Assembly: GCA_902588315.1 (NCBI GenBank)
Contig: CACIOP010000004.1
Coordinates: forward strand, 11,879 to 75,878
DNA: 64,000 bases
Source: an uncultured Pelagibacteraceae bacterium
GTDB taxonomy: Bacteria; Pseudomonadota; Alphaproteobacteria; Pelagibacterales; Pelagibacteraceae
Direction: 5' to 3'
This document shows positions 21,062 through 30,657 of this stretch, in pieces (the stretch's first letter is position 1; each line of letters starts with the position of its first letter). Made by a program: the position numbers and the translations under genes. The notes beneath the pieces are model-generated. The model was not told the origin of the DNA. It worked only from the letters and a program-made list of their open reading frames with translations, and ran no database searches.

Positions 21062-21301
21062 TTAGTTAGCTTTTCCTTCGATAAATTTTACCGCATCACC
21101 TACAGTCAAAATTTTCTCGGCTTCGCTGTCTGAAATTTCAGATCCGAATTCTTCCTCGAAAGCCATCACCAATTCAACTGTATCTAAGCTATCAGCACCT
21201 AAATCATCTATAAAACTAGACTCTTCAGTTACTTTTGCTTCATCAATACCTAGGTGATCTGCTACAATTTTTTTAACTTTGCTTGAAACGTCTTCTGACA
21301 T
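21062..21301 (-). CDS. acpP: Acyl carrier protein
   Basis: [20 protein letters not shown]. Confidence 0.98.
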   Translation of the reverse strand: MSEDVSSKVKKIVADHLGIDEAKVTEESSFIDDLGADSLDTVELVMAFEEEFGSEISDSEAEKILTVGDAVKFIEGKAN

Positions 21302-21349
21302 ATTGATCCTTTTTGTTATAAATTCTTAATAGTTTAAAAAGCTATTTTG

Positions 21350-22087
21350 TCAAGCCATATACATGCCTCCATTAACATGCAGAGTTTCACCATTTATGTA
21401 ACTAGATTGACTTGAGCATAAAAAAAGTACTGCATTTGCAATATCATCTGGCTCTCCCAGTCGAGCAGATGGAATTTTTGATATTATAGCATCCTTAAAT
21501 TTATCATCTAGTTTATCAGTCATTGCTGTCTTAATAAATCCTGGTGATATACAATTTATATTAATATTTTTTTTAGCATATTCTATTGCTAAACTTTTCG
21601 ACATCGCAATTATACCTGCTTTAGATGCGGTATAATTTGATTGCCCTAAATTGCCAGTGTGACCAACTACAGATGTGATATTTACAATTTTACCAGATTT
21701 ATTTTTAAGCATTTTTTTAATTGCTGATTTGCTCATTAAAAAGGTTGATGTTAAATTAATACTAATTACTTTCTGCCATTCTTCTAAACTCATCCTAATC
21801 GCTAAGTTGTCTTTAGTGATGCCAGCGTTGTTTACTAAACAATCTAAATTACCACCAAGTTCTTTGGTTGCTTTTTCAACAAATTCTTCAATTTTGTCAC
21901 TTTGAGAAATATCAAACTTCAATGTTTTAATATTTGCATATTTTTTTTTTAACTCATCTAATTTTTCAATTTTTGTTCCAGAAGCCAAAATATTTGCTCC
22001 AGCTTGATTTAATTTTTCAATTATTGAATTTCCAATTCCACCTGAAGCACCTGTAACTATAATATTTTTACCTTTCAAATCTATCAT
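21350..22087 (-). CDS. fabG: 3-oxoacyl-ACP reductase
   Basis: TGASGGIG, NNAGITKD, NYTASKAG, LHVNGGM. Confidence 0.96.
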   Translation of the reverse strand: MIDLKGKNIIVTGASGGIGNSIIEKLNQAGANILASGTKIEKLDELKKKYANIKTLKFDISQSDKIEEFVEKATKELGGNLDCLVNNAGITKDNLAIRMSLEEWQKVISINLTSTFLMSKSAIKKMLKNKSGKIVNITSVVGHTGNLGQSNYTASKAGIIAMSKSLAIEYAKKNININCISPGFIKTAMTDKLDDKFKDAIISKIPSARLGEPDDIANAVLFLCSSQSSYINGETLHVNGGMYMA

Positions 22088-23010
22088 ATTTTTAAACTCT
22101 CAATATCACTTAGGCTATTAACTGTATTAATCTTAACATCTCTATTAATTCTTTTTACCAAACCTGACAAAACTTTCCCAGGCCCAATTTCAATAAAATG
22201 GTTTACATTATTTTTTATCATATTAATCACACTTTCTCTCCATCTAACTCTATTCTCTATTTGTTTAATCAATAGGTTTTTTAGCTCATCTGGATCTTTA
22301 ATTTCATTAGCAGTCACATTTGAAATCAATTTATTTAGTCCATTTTTAAAATTAAGTTTATTTAGCTCTTCTGTCATAATTTTTGTTGCATTATTCATCA
22401 AATCACTGTGAAAGGGTGCGCTTACAGGAAGCATAATATTTTTGATTGAATTTTCTTTTAAAATTTCAATTAAATTTTTTAAATCCTCAGTTTTTCCACT
22501 TAAAACAATTTGACCGTCAGAGTTATCATTTGCAATTTGTGCTCTTAAACTTTCTTTGTTTTCTTTCAAAATTTCTTCGATTTTTTCAACTGTAGAGCCT
22601 AATACTGCAACCATTCCTCCCTGCCCTTTAGGGACAGAGTTTTGCATAGCATCTCCTCTTATTCTTAGTATTTTTAAAGTTTGTGAAAAATCTAAATATC
22701 CTGCGCATGATAAAGCTGAATATTCACCTAAGGAGTGTCCAGCAAAATATTTTGCTTTATTTAAATCTAAGTTAAATTCTTTCTTAACTAAATTAAATAT
22801 TGAATAACTAATTAAAAATATTGCTGGCTGTGTATTCACTGTTAGATCTAACTCCTCTTTTGGGCCTTCCAGAATTAGCTTGGAAATAGAAAAATTTAAT
22901 GTGTTGTCTGCATCTTTGAAAAGGTTTTTGACTAAATCAAATCTATCATACAGCTCTTTTCCCATTCCCACTATTTGGGATCCTTGACCTGGAAATATTA
23001 CTGAAAACAT
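22084..23010 (-). CDS. fabD: Malonyl-CoA:ACP transacylase
   Basis: FPGQGSQ, GHSLGEYSAL, LPVSAPFHS, EIGPGKVL. Confidence 0.97.
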   Translation of the reverse strand: MFSVIFPGQGSQIVGMGKELYDRFDLVKNLFKDADNTLNFSISKLILEGPKEELDLTVNTQPAIFLISYSIFNLVKKEFNLDLNKAKYFAGHSLGEYSALSCAGYLDFSQTLKILRIRGDAMQNSVPKGQGGMVAVLGSTVEKIEEILKENKESLRAQIANDNSDGQIVLSGKTEDLKNLIEILKENSIKNIMLPVSAPFHSDLMNNATKIMTEELNKLNFKNGLNKLISNVTANEIKDPDELKNLLIKQIENRVRWRESVINMIKNNVNHFIEIGPGKVLSGLVKRINRDVKINTVNSLSDIESLKI

Positions 23011-23097
23011 ATAAAAAAAACTAATATTTTTGCCTTTTTAACTATTGTAATTGAACTTTTATAATAGTATATCCTCATTTTTTATTAAAGAACTTAA

Positions 23098-23457
23098 ATG
23101 AATTTATACGAACATACTATTATAGCTAGGCAGGATACTTCACCGAGTGAATTAAAGCAACTAACAGAAAAATATTCTAAAATTGTTGAAAAAAATGATG
23201 GTGAAGTTGTTAAAACAGAAAACTGGGGATTATTAAACTTATCTTATCTTATTAAAAAAAATAAGAAAGGAAGTTATATACACTTCAAAATAAAAGGTAA
23301 AGGAAATGTGATTGATGAGTTAGAAAAAAATGAAGCTATAGATAAAAAATTACTAAGATGTCTAACAGTTAGAGTTAAAAAATTTGATTTAGAAACAAAC
23401 TATTTTGTAAAAAAAGAAGTTAATGAAAAAAAAGAGAGTATAAAAACTAATGCCTAA
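23098..23457 (+). CDS. rpsF: 30S ribosomal protein S6
   Basis: YEH..IARQD, ENWG..LSY.IKK; start of rpsF-rpsR-rplI. Confidence 0.94.
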   Translation: MNLYEHTIIARQDTSPSELKQLTEKYSKIVEKNDGEVVKTENWGLLNLSYLIKKNKKGSYIHFKIKGKGNVIDELEKNEAIDKKLLRCLTVRVKKFDLETNYFVKKEVNEKKESIKTNA

Positions 23458-23722
23458 AAGACAAAGTGGAAATAAAAAAGGTAAACAAAGTAACTTTTCA
23501 AAGCTAAGTATTTTCCAACCAAACAAATATAAATTCAAAAAAACTTGCCCATTATCAGTTAAAGGTGCTCCTGAGGTTAATTATAAAAATATAAAACTTT
23601 TAAAAAAATATGTTTCTGAAAATGGTAAAATTTTACCATCAAGAATTACAAATGTATCTCAGAAAAAACAAAGGGAGCTATCTCTTTCAATCAAAAGAGC
23701 AAGAAACTTAGCATTAATATAA
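23450..23722 (+). CDS. rpsR: 30S ribosomal protein S18
   Basis: [28 protein letters not shown]. Confidence 0.96.
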   Translation: MPKRQSGNKKGKQSNFSKLSIFQPNKYKFKKTCPLSVKGAPEVNYKNIKLLKKYVSENGKILPSRITNVSQKKQRELSLSIKRARNLALI

Positions 23723-23723
23723 A

Positions 23724-24182
23724 ATGAAAGTAATTTTATTAGAAAACGTAAAAAGAATTGGATCAATTGGTGAAGTAATAGATGTGAAAAGAGGTTTCGC
23801 TAGAAACTTCCTAATTGCAAACAAAAAAGCACTTTATGCATCAAAAGAAAATATAAAAGAAGTTGAAAAAATTAAATCTGATTTGTCTAAAAAAGATAAT
23901 GAAAAGAAAAATGAAGCTTCAAAAATTGCTGAACAAATTAATGGTAAACAGTATTCTGTCAAAAAACTAAGTACAGAAAATAATGAATTATATGGTTCAG
24001 TTAAACCAACTGAAATTTCAAAACTTATTCAGGAAGAAAACAAAATTGATATAAAGCCTTCAATGATACAACCAGTTGAAGAAATAAAAGCTTTAGGAAA
24101 ATTTAGGGTTAAAATTTCTTTACACTCTGAAGTTGATGCTGAAATTACAATCAATGTTTCTTCATCTGATACAATTCAATAA
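23724..24182 (+). CDS. rplI: 50S ribosomal protein L9
   Basis: MKVILLE..G..VKRGFARNFL, LYGSV. Confidence 0.96.
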   Translation: MKVILLENVKRIGSIGEVIDVKRGFARNFLIANKKALYASKENIKEVEKIKSDLSKKDNEKKNEASKIAEQINGKQYSVKKLSTENNELYGSVKPTEISKLIQEENKIDIKPSMIQPVEEIKALGKFRVKISLHSEVDAEITINVSSSDTIQ

Positions 24183-24250
24183 TTATACATTCTTTTCCCC
24201 AGTAACAATTTACAATTTGATTTAATAAATTTTCATGTAAATTTATTTTC

Positions 24251-25669
24251 ATGGAAAACAATTTAAGTATAGTAAAAGATCAATTTAAAGAATTGCCAAA
24301 CAACATTGAGGCGGAGCAAGCAGTTATAGGATCTATCCTTGTAAGCAATGATATTTTTGATGAAATAAATACGATAATTTCTAGTATAAACTTTTATGAT
24401 CCAATGCATCAAAAAATATTTGAAGCAGTGGAAAGTCTTATCTACAAAGGTATGTTAGCTAACCCAATTACTTTAAAAAATTATTTTCAAGATGAAAAAG
24501 ATGATTTAGATATTCCTGAATATTTAGTTAAGATCACAAAATTTTCTACATCAGTTAGGCAAGCAATAGAATATTCAAAAATAATTTACGATATGTTTGT
24601 AAGAAGGGAATTAATCAAAATTTCTGAACAAACTATTGATAGTGCAAAATTAAATGATCTTGATACTAATGGACAATCTATAATCGAAAGTTCTGAAAGA
24701 TTACTATTTGATTTAGCTGAAAAAGGTTCTTTCAATTCTTCTTTAGTAAAATTTGATGAAGCAATGAAACAAACAATTGAAATGGCTTCAGCTGCTTACA
24801 AAAATGAAGAAGGAATAGTTGGTGTTCCAACTGGTTTAAGAGACTTAGATGATAAGCTTGGTGGTTTACATCAATCAGATTTAATTATTATTGCTGGTCG
24901 ACCATCAATGGGTAAAACCTCACTAGCAACAAATATTGCATTTAATGCTGCTCAAAAATTACAAGAGAGTGGTAAAAAATCATCTATAGCTTTCTTTTCA
25001 CTTGAGATGTCTTCAGAACAATTATCTACAAGAATTATTTCTGAACAAGCTAGAATTAGTTCTAATGATATAAGAAGGGGAAGAATATCTGATGATCAAT
25101 TTGATAAGTTTTTAGAAACTTCAAAAAATATTTCTGAACTACCACTTTATATTGATGAAACTCCAGCAATAAGTATTGCTGCTCTTAGTAATCGAGCAAG
25201 ACGTATTAAAAGACTTTTTGGTCTCGATATGATCGTGGTTGATTACATTCAATTAATGAGAGGAACTACATTTAACAAAGATGGAAGAGTTCAAGAAATA
25301 TCACAAATTACTCAAGGACTTAAAGCAATAGCCAAGGAACTCTCTGTTCCTGTTGTTGCTCTTTCACAGTTGTCTCGACAAGTAGAACAGAGAGATGATC
25401 ATAAGCCTCAATTGGCAGATTTAAGAGAGTCTGGTTCTATTGAACAAGATGCTGATGTTGTAATGTTTGTTTATAGAGAAGGATATTATTTACAGAGAAA
25501 AGAGCCAAGAGAAGCAACTGTTGAGCATGCAGAGTGGCAAGCAAAAATGAATGAAGTTGCTCATTTGGCGCAAATTATTATCGGAAAACAAAGGCATGGT
25601 CCTATAGGTAATGTAACTCTTGAATTTGAAGAAAGATTTACAAAATTTAAGGATACTCAATTAAGTTAA
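24251..25669 (+). CDS. dnaB: Replicative DNA helicase
   Basis: EAEQAVIG, AGRPSMGKT, FSLEMS, VDYIQLM, LSQLSR, DLRESGSIEQDAD; normal length, no intein. Confidence 0.97.
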   Translation: MENNLSIVKDQFKELPNNIEAEQAVIGSILVSNDIFDEINTIISSINFYDPMHQKIFEAVESLIYKGMLANPITLKNYFQDEKDDLDIPEYLVKITKFSTSVRQAIEYSKIIYDMFVRRELIKISEQTIDSAKLNDLDTNGQSIIESSERLLFDLAEKGSFNSSLVKFDEAMKQTIEMASAAYKNEEGIVGVPTGLRDLDDKLGGLHQSDLIIIAGRPSMGKTSLATNIAFNAAQKLQESGKKSSIAFFSLEMSSEQLSTRIISEQARISSNDIRRGRISDDQFDKFLETSKNISELPLYIDETPAISIAALSNRARRIKRLFGLDMIVVDYIQLMRGTTFNKDGRVQEISQITQGLKAIAKELSVPVVALSQLSRQVEQRDDHKPQLADLRESGSIEQDADVVMFVYREGYYLQRKEPREATVEHAEWQAKMNEVAHLAQIIIGKQRHGPIGNVTLEFEERFTKFKDTQLS

Positions 25670-25690
25670 ATTCCAATATAAAGAGCTTGA

Positions 25691-28087
25691 ATGATAGCTC
25701 ATTTTTATCAAAACGTTATCCTCAAAAACCCCAAAGCAATATTAGTATTGTTAATTATTGCTATTTTAAGTTTTGGATACTATTCAAAAAATTTTAGGCT
25801 AGATGCTTCATCAGAAACCCTATTAATAGAAGGTGACCCTGATTTAGCATATTTAAAAAAAGTCTCTGAAAGATATGGATCTAAAGAATTTTTAATTCTT
25901 ACATATACTCCAAATGAGGGAATGGTAACCGACTCATCAATTAATAATTTATTAAGTTTAAAATATAAAATTCAGAGCCTCAACTGGGTCCATAGTGTAA
26001 TTACCTTGTTAGATATTCCTCTATTGAATAATTCAGATGCTCCCCTTCAAGAGAGATTAGAAAGCTTTAAGACATTAAAAGATGAAGATGTTGATAGAAA
26101 TCGAGGTTTTAAGGAAATTTTAAATAGTCCTGTTTTTAGAAATTTTGTCATTAGCGAAGATGGTAAAACTAGTGGAATTATTGTTAACATTAAACAGTCT
26201 CAAAAATTAGAAGATATAGAAAATAAATCAAAAGAAGAAGCTGAACTAATTAAAGATCAAATCAAAAAACAAAACCACCAGAATATTTTAGAAATTAGAC
26301 AAGTCATTCAAAGTTATGGTGATGTTGGAAAAATTTACCTTGGTGGAATACCAATGATTGCTGATGACATGATGACTTTTATAAAAAGTGATATAATAGT
26401 TTTTGGTTTGGGGGTTCTATTATTTATAATTGTCACTTTATGGTTTGTTTTTAGAAATCTTCTTTGGATTATAGTCCCTATAAGTAGTTGTCTTTTTTCT
26501 GTGATAATAATGACGGGATTGCTTGGATTGCTAGGATGGAAAGTTACAGTCATCTCATCAAATTTTATTGCACTGATGTTGATTTTAACAATGGCAATGA
26601 ATATTCATATGAGTACAAGGTTTCTTCAGATTAAAAAAGATTTTCCATCAAAAAATAATTTTGAAATAATTTACTTAACCACTTCAAAAATGTTTTGGCC
26701 AATTTTATATACTGTTCTAACAACAATTTTTGCATTCTTATCTTTAATTTTTAGTGAAATAAAACCTATTATTGATTTTGGTTGGATGATGACTTTTGGT
26801 TTGATTACATCATTTATCATTTCATTTACTTTACTACCTACCCTTTTAAACTTCGCACCCACAAATAATATTACCGTTAAAAAAGAACAGAAATCTAAAA
26901 TTACAAATTTACTTAGTCTAATTTCTATTAATAATAAAAACTCTATCTTCTTAGTAACTGGAATAGTTATAATATTCAGTGTTATTGGAATAAGTAAGCT
27001 TGAAGTTGAAAATAGTTTTATAAATTACTTTGATAAAAATACTGAAATTTATAAGGGTATGAAGCTTATAGATGAGGAGCTAGGTGGAACTACTCCTTTA
27101 GAGGTTATTATAAAATTTCCTGAGAAAAAAAAAGTAAAAAAATCTGAAGAAGATGACGAGTTTGAAGATTGGGGTGATGAAGAAGATACTAATGATGAAA
27201 AATACTGGTTTACCAAAGATAAAATTGATCTAATTACATCTGTTCATAATTACTTAGATAGCTTACCTGAAATTGGCAAAGTTCTATCTTTTTCATCTAT
27301 TATTGAGGTTGCTACTCAATTAAACAACAATAAACCTCTAGGTACTTTAGAAATGGGAGTGCTTTACTCTAAAATTCCTGAGAGCATTAAAACTGAAATT
27401 ATCGATCCTTATCTTTCTATCAAAGATAATGAGGCTCGAATTAGTTTGAGAATTATAGACTCACAGGAAGATTTAAGAAGAAATGATTTAATTAACAAAA
27501 TTAATTTTGATCTAAAAGATAAATTTGGTTTAGAAGAAAAAGATTACAAGTTAGCAGGTGTATTAATATTATTTAATAACTTATTACAAAGCTTATTTAA
27601 ATCTCAAATTTTAACATTAGGATTAGTTATGATTGGAATATTTTCAATGTTCATAATATTATTTAGAAATATCAAGCTTTCGTTGATTGGTGTTGTTCCA
27701 AATTTTATTGCAGCCTTTTTTATACTGGGAATAATTGGATTGTTAGGAATACCTTTGGACATGATGACAATCACAATTGCAGCAATTACAATAGGAATTG
27801 CTGTAGATAATAGCATTCACTATATTTATAGATTTAAAGAAGAGTTTAATAAAATAAATGATTATAAAAAAACATTAAAAACGTGTCATTCAACTGTTGG
27901 TGTTGCTATACTAAATACTTCAATTACGATTGTTTTTGGATTTTCAATTTTGGTGTTATCAAAGTTTATCCCAACAATTTATTTTGGTGTGTTTACAGGA
28001 CTAGCTATGTTATTAGCTATGATATCGGTATTAACTTTACTTCCCGCATTAATCTTAATTATTAAACCTTTTAGCAAATCATCTTAA
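25691..28087 (+). CDS. MMPL/RND family transporter
   Basis: Two repeats of TM + periplasmic loop + five TM; GIAVDNSIH motif; 798 aa. Confidence 0.88.
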   Translation: MIAHFYQNVILKNPKAILVLLIIAILSFGYYSKNFRLDASSETLLIEGDPDLAYLKKVSERYGSKEFLILTYTPNEGMVTDSSINNLLSLKYKIQSLNWVHSVITLLDIPLLNNSDAPLQERLESFKTLKDEDVDRNRGFKEILNSPVFRNFVISEDGKTSGIIVNIKQSQKLEDIENKSKEEAELIKDQIKKQNHQNILEIRQVIQSYGDVGKIYLGGIPMIADDMMTFIKSDIIVFGLGVLLFIIVTLWFVFRNLLWIIVPISSCLFSVIIMTGLLGLLGWKVTVISSNFIALMLILTMAMNIHMSTRFLQIKKDFPSKNNFEIIYLTTSKMFWPILYTVLTTIFAFLSLIFSEIKPIIDFGWMMTFGLITSFIISFTLLPTLLNFAPTNNITVKKEQKSKITNLLSLISINNKNSIFLVTGIVIIFSVIGISKLEVENSFINYFDKNTEIYKGMKLIDEELGGTTPLEVIIKFPEKKKVKKSEEDDEFEDWGDEEDTNDEKYWFTKDKIDLITSVHNYLDSLPEIGKVLSFSSIIEVATQLNNNKPLGTLEMGVLYSKIPESIKTEIIDPYLSIKDNEARISLRIIDSQEDLRRNDLINKINFDLKDKFGLEEKDYKLAGVLILFNNLLQSLFKSQILTLGLVMIGIFSMFIILFRNIKLSLIGVVPNFIAAFFILGIIGLLGIPLDMMTITIAAITIGIAVDNSIHYIYRFKEEFNKINDYKKTLKTCHSTVGVAILNTSITIVFGFSILVLSKFIPTIYFGVFTGLAMLLAMISVLTLLPALILIIKPFSKSS

Positions 28088-28632
28088 TGTTAGAAATCAT
28101 AAATGATTTTTATAAAGCAATATCGATAATTGATTTAATTTATTTAATTTTAACAATTCTTTCTTTGATAAATTGTTACAAAAAAGGCTTCATTTTAAGT
28201 ATTCTCTCAATGGCTAAATGGTTGTTTGCATATATAATTACATTAATTCTATTTCCAAAAATTAAACCCTATGTAAAAGACATAATAGATAATGAGTATG
28301 TTCTTGATGTAGGTTTAGGAATAGTAATATTTGTGGTTGTTATCTTTTTGGTTCTATTAGTTAATAAAGGCATCAGTAAAGCCGTCAGATATACAGGAAT
28401 CGGTGGCTTAGATACGACATTTGGATTCTTTTTTGGTTTTATAAGAGCTTACATTATTTCTGTATGTATCTTTTCGGGTATTCATATCGTTTATAACTAT
28501 GATAAATGGCCAATAAATTTTGACAAATCATACGTCTTTCAATATTTAGAAAAAGGTAGTAGTTATCTGATAAAAGAATTTCCTAATGAAAAAACATATC
28601 AAGATTCTAAAGAAAAAATTACAGAGCTATAA
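28087..28632 (+). CDS. cvpA: CvpA family membrane protein
   Basis: Four TM, KKGFI, LDTTFGFFFGFIRA; directly upstream of purF. Confidence 0.88.
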   Translation: MLEIINDFYKAISIIDLIYLILTILSLINCYKKGFILSILSMAKWLFAYIITLILFPKIKPYVKDIIDNEYVLDVGLGIVIFVVVIFLVLLVNKGISKAVRYTGIGGLDTTFGFFFGFIRAYIISVCIFSGIHIVYNYDKWPINFDKSYVFQYLEKGSSYLIKEFPNEKTYQDSKEKITEL

Positions 28633-30067
28633 TCCAAGACTAAAGGAAGAATGTGGAGTTTTTGGTATTAGTAATGCAAAAGATGCTTCAGCTCTAACAG
28701 CACTTGGGCTACACGCTCTACAACACAGAGGTCAAGAAGGTTGTGGAATAGTTACTTTTGATGGGGAAAAATATTATTCTGAAAAAAGATTTGGTTTCGT
28801 AGGTGATAATTTCAACAAAGAAAAAGTGCTTAACAATCTTAAGGGAAATTATGCAATTGGCCATAACAGATACAGTACGACTGGGAACAATATATTAAGA
28901 AACATACAACCTTTTTTCGCTGACACCAATGCAGGTGGAATTGGAGTTGCACACAATGGAAATCTTACTAATTCAATAGCTTTAAGAAATAAACTAGTTG
29001 AAAATGGAGCTATATTTTACACTACGTCAGATACTGAGACGATTGTTCAATTAATTGCTAAATCAAAGAGAACAAAAACAATTGATAAAGTAATTGATGC
29101 AATTTTTCAAATTCAAGGTGGCTATGCATTGGTAATGTTAACTCAAAACTCTTTAATTGGAGTTAGAGATCCTTATGGAATTAGACCATTAGTAATTGGT
29201 AAGCTTGGCAATAGTTATGTCTTAGCATCTGAAACTTGTGCCTTTGATATAATTGGTGCAAAGTTTGTAAGAGAAGTTGAAAATGGCGAGATAGTTTTAA
29301 TTGAAAACAATGAACTGAAAAGTATTAAGCCCTTCCCTGCTAAAAAAGTTAGGCCTTGTGTTTTTGAGTATATTTATTTTTCAAGACCAGACAGTCTAAT
29401 AGGAGGAAAGACCGCATATGAACATAGAAAAAACATTGGTAGAGAACTTGCAAAAGAAAATGATACTGATGCCGATATAGTGGTTCCAGTCCCAGACTCT
29501 GGAAATGCTGCTGCTATGGGTTTTGCTCAAGAATTAAAAATGAACTTTGAACATGGATTAATTAGAAATCATTATGTTGGAAGAACTTTCATAGAGCCAA
29601 GCCAAAAAATTAGGAGCTTAGGTGTCAAATTAAAATTAAATGCTAATCAAACAACAATTAAAAATAAAAAGATAATTCTAATTGATGACTCACTTGTTCG
29701 GGGAACAACGTCATACAAAATTGTTAAAATGCTTTATGATGCTGGTGCGAAAGAAGTTCATGTTAAAATTGCATGCCCCGAAATAAGATACCCAGATTTC
29801 TATGGTGTAGATACACCTACAAAAAAAGAATTGTTAGCAGCAAATAAAACAAATGATGAAATTTGCGAATATATTGGAGCTAAAACTTTGAGATTTTTAT
29901 CAATAGAAGGATTGTATAAAGCTATTGGTTTTGAAAAAAGAAACGAAACATATCCACAATTAACAGACCATTATTTTACAGGTGAATATCCTGTTAAATT
30001 AGTGGATGAATTAGGAGATAATAAAATAACTCAGTTATCTTTACTAAGTACCAGATCAAATAATTAA
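28586..30067 (+). CDS. purF: Amidophosphoribosyltransferase
   Basis: EECGVFG, LQHRGQE, GHNRYST, AHNGN, PVPDSG, DDSLVRGTT; exact start uncertain. Confidence 0.97.
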   Translation: MKKHIKILKKKLQSYNPRLKEECGVFGISNAKDASALTALGLHALQHRGQEGCGIVTFDGEKYYSEKRFGFVGDNFNKEKVLNNLKGNYAIGHNRYSTTGNNILRNIQPFFADTNAGGIGVAHNGNLTNSIALRNKLVENGAIFYTTSDTETIVQLIAKSKRTKTIDKVIDAIFQIQGGYALVMLTQNSLIGVRDPYGIRPLVIGKLGNSYVLASETCAFDIIGAKFVREVENGEIVLIENNELKSIKPFPAKKVRPCVFEYIYFSRPDSLIGGKTAYEHRKNIGRELAKENDTDADIVVPVPDSGNAAAMGFAQELKMNFEHGLIRNHYVGRTFIEPSQKIRSLGVKLKLNANQTTIKNKKIILIDDSLVRGTTSYKIVKMLYDAGAKEVHVKIACPEIRYPDFYGVDTPTKKELLAANKTNDEICEYIGAKTLRFLSIEGLYKAIGFEKRNETYPQLTDHYFTGEYPVKLVDELGDNKITQLSLLSTRSNN

Positions 30068-30070
30068 AAT

Positions 30071-30628
30071 ATGAAAACAGTAAATTTTACTGAAATGAAA
30101 AACGGAACTAAGGAAGATTATGAGCTTCTTGAAAAATTTGAAAAAAACTTTGAAAGACAAACAGCTGAGAGAATTTTAAGTTATTTATCAAAACAAACTA
30201 CTACTTTAGAAGGTTATAAAATCACTAGACTAGAACACTCCTTACAAGCAGCAACAAGAGCTTTTAAAAATAAAGAAAGTGATGAAATGGTTGTTGCAAC
30301 TTTATTACATGATATTGGAGATGATTTAGCACCAATGAATCATTCTCAGTATGCTGCATCTATACTAAGACCTTATGTTTCAGAAAGAACTTATTGGATT
30401 GTTCTGCATCATGGTCTTTTTCAAACTTACTACAGCGCTCATCATTTAGGTGGTGACAGAAATGTAAGAGATAAATTTAAAGACCACAAATACTATCAAG
30501 ATACCATAGATTTTTGTGAAAAATATGATCAGTGTTCTTTTGATCCTGATTATAAAAGTATGTCTTTGGATGATTTTAAGCCATTAGTTAAAAAAATATT
30601 CGCAAAAGAGCCTTATTATTATCTTTAA
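30071..30628 (+). CDS. HD-domain metalloprotein
   Basis: RLEH..LLHDIGD..NH..HH..YD pattern. Confidence 0.85.
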   Translation: MKTVNFTEMKNGTKEDYELLEKFEKNFERQTAERILSYLSKQTTTLEGYKITRLEHSLQAATRAFKNKESDEMVVATLLHDIGDDLAPMNHSQYAASILRPYVSERTYWIVLHHGLFQTYYSAHHLGGDRNVRDKFKDHKYYQDTIDFCEKYDQCSFDPDYKSMSLDDFKPLVKKIFAKEPYYYL

Positions 30629-30657
30629 ATTTAGGTATAAATCACTACTTACAGCGC

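Noticed and set aside
21327-21348. Weak hairpin (AATAGT..GCTATT) between fabG and acpP
   Set aside because: Short AT-rich stem without a clear U tract; expected by chance at this composition.
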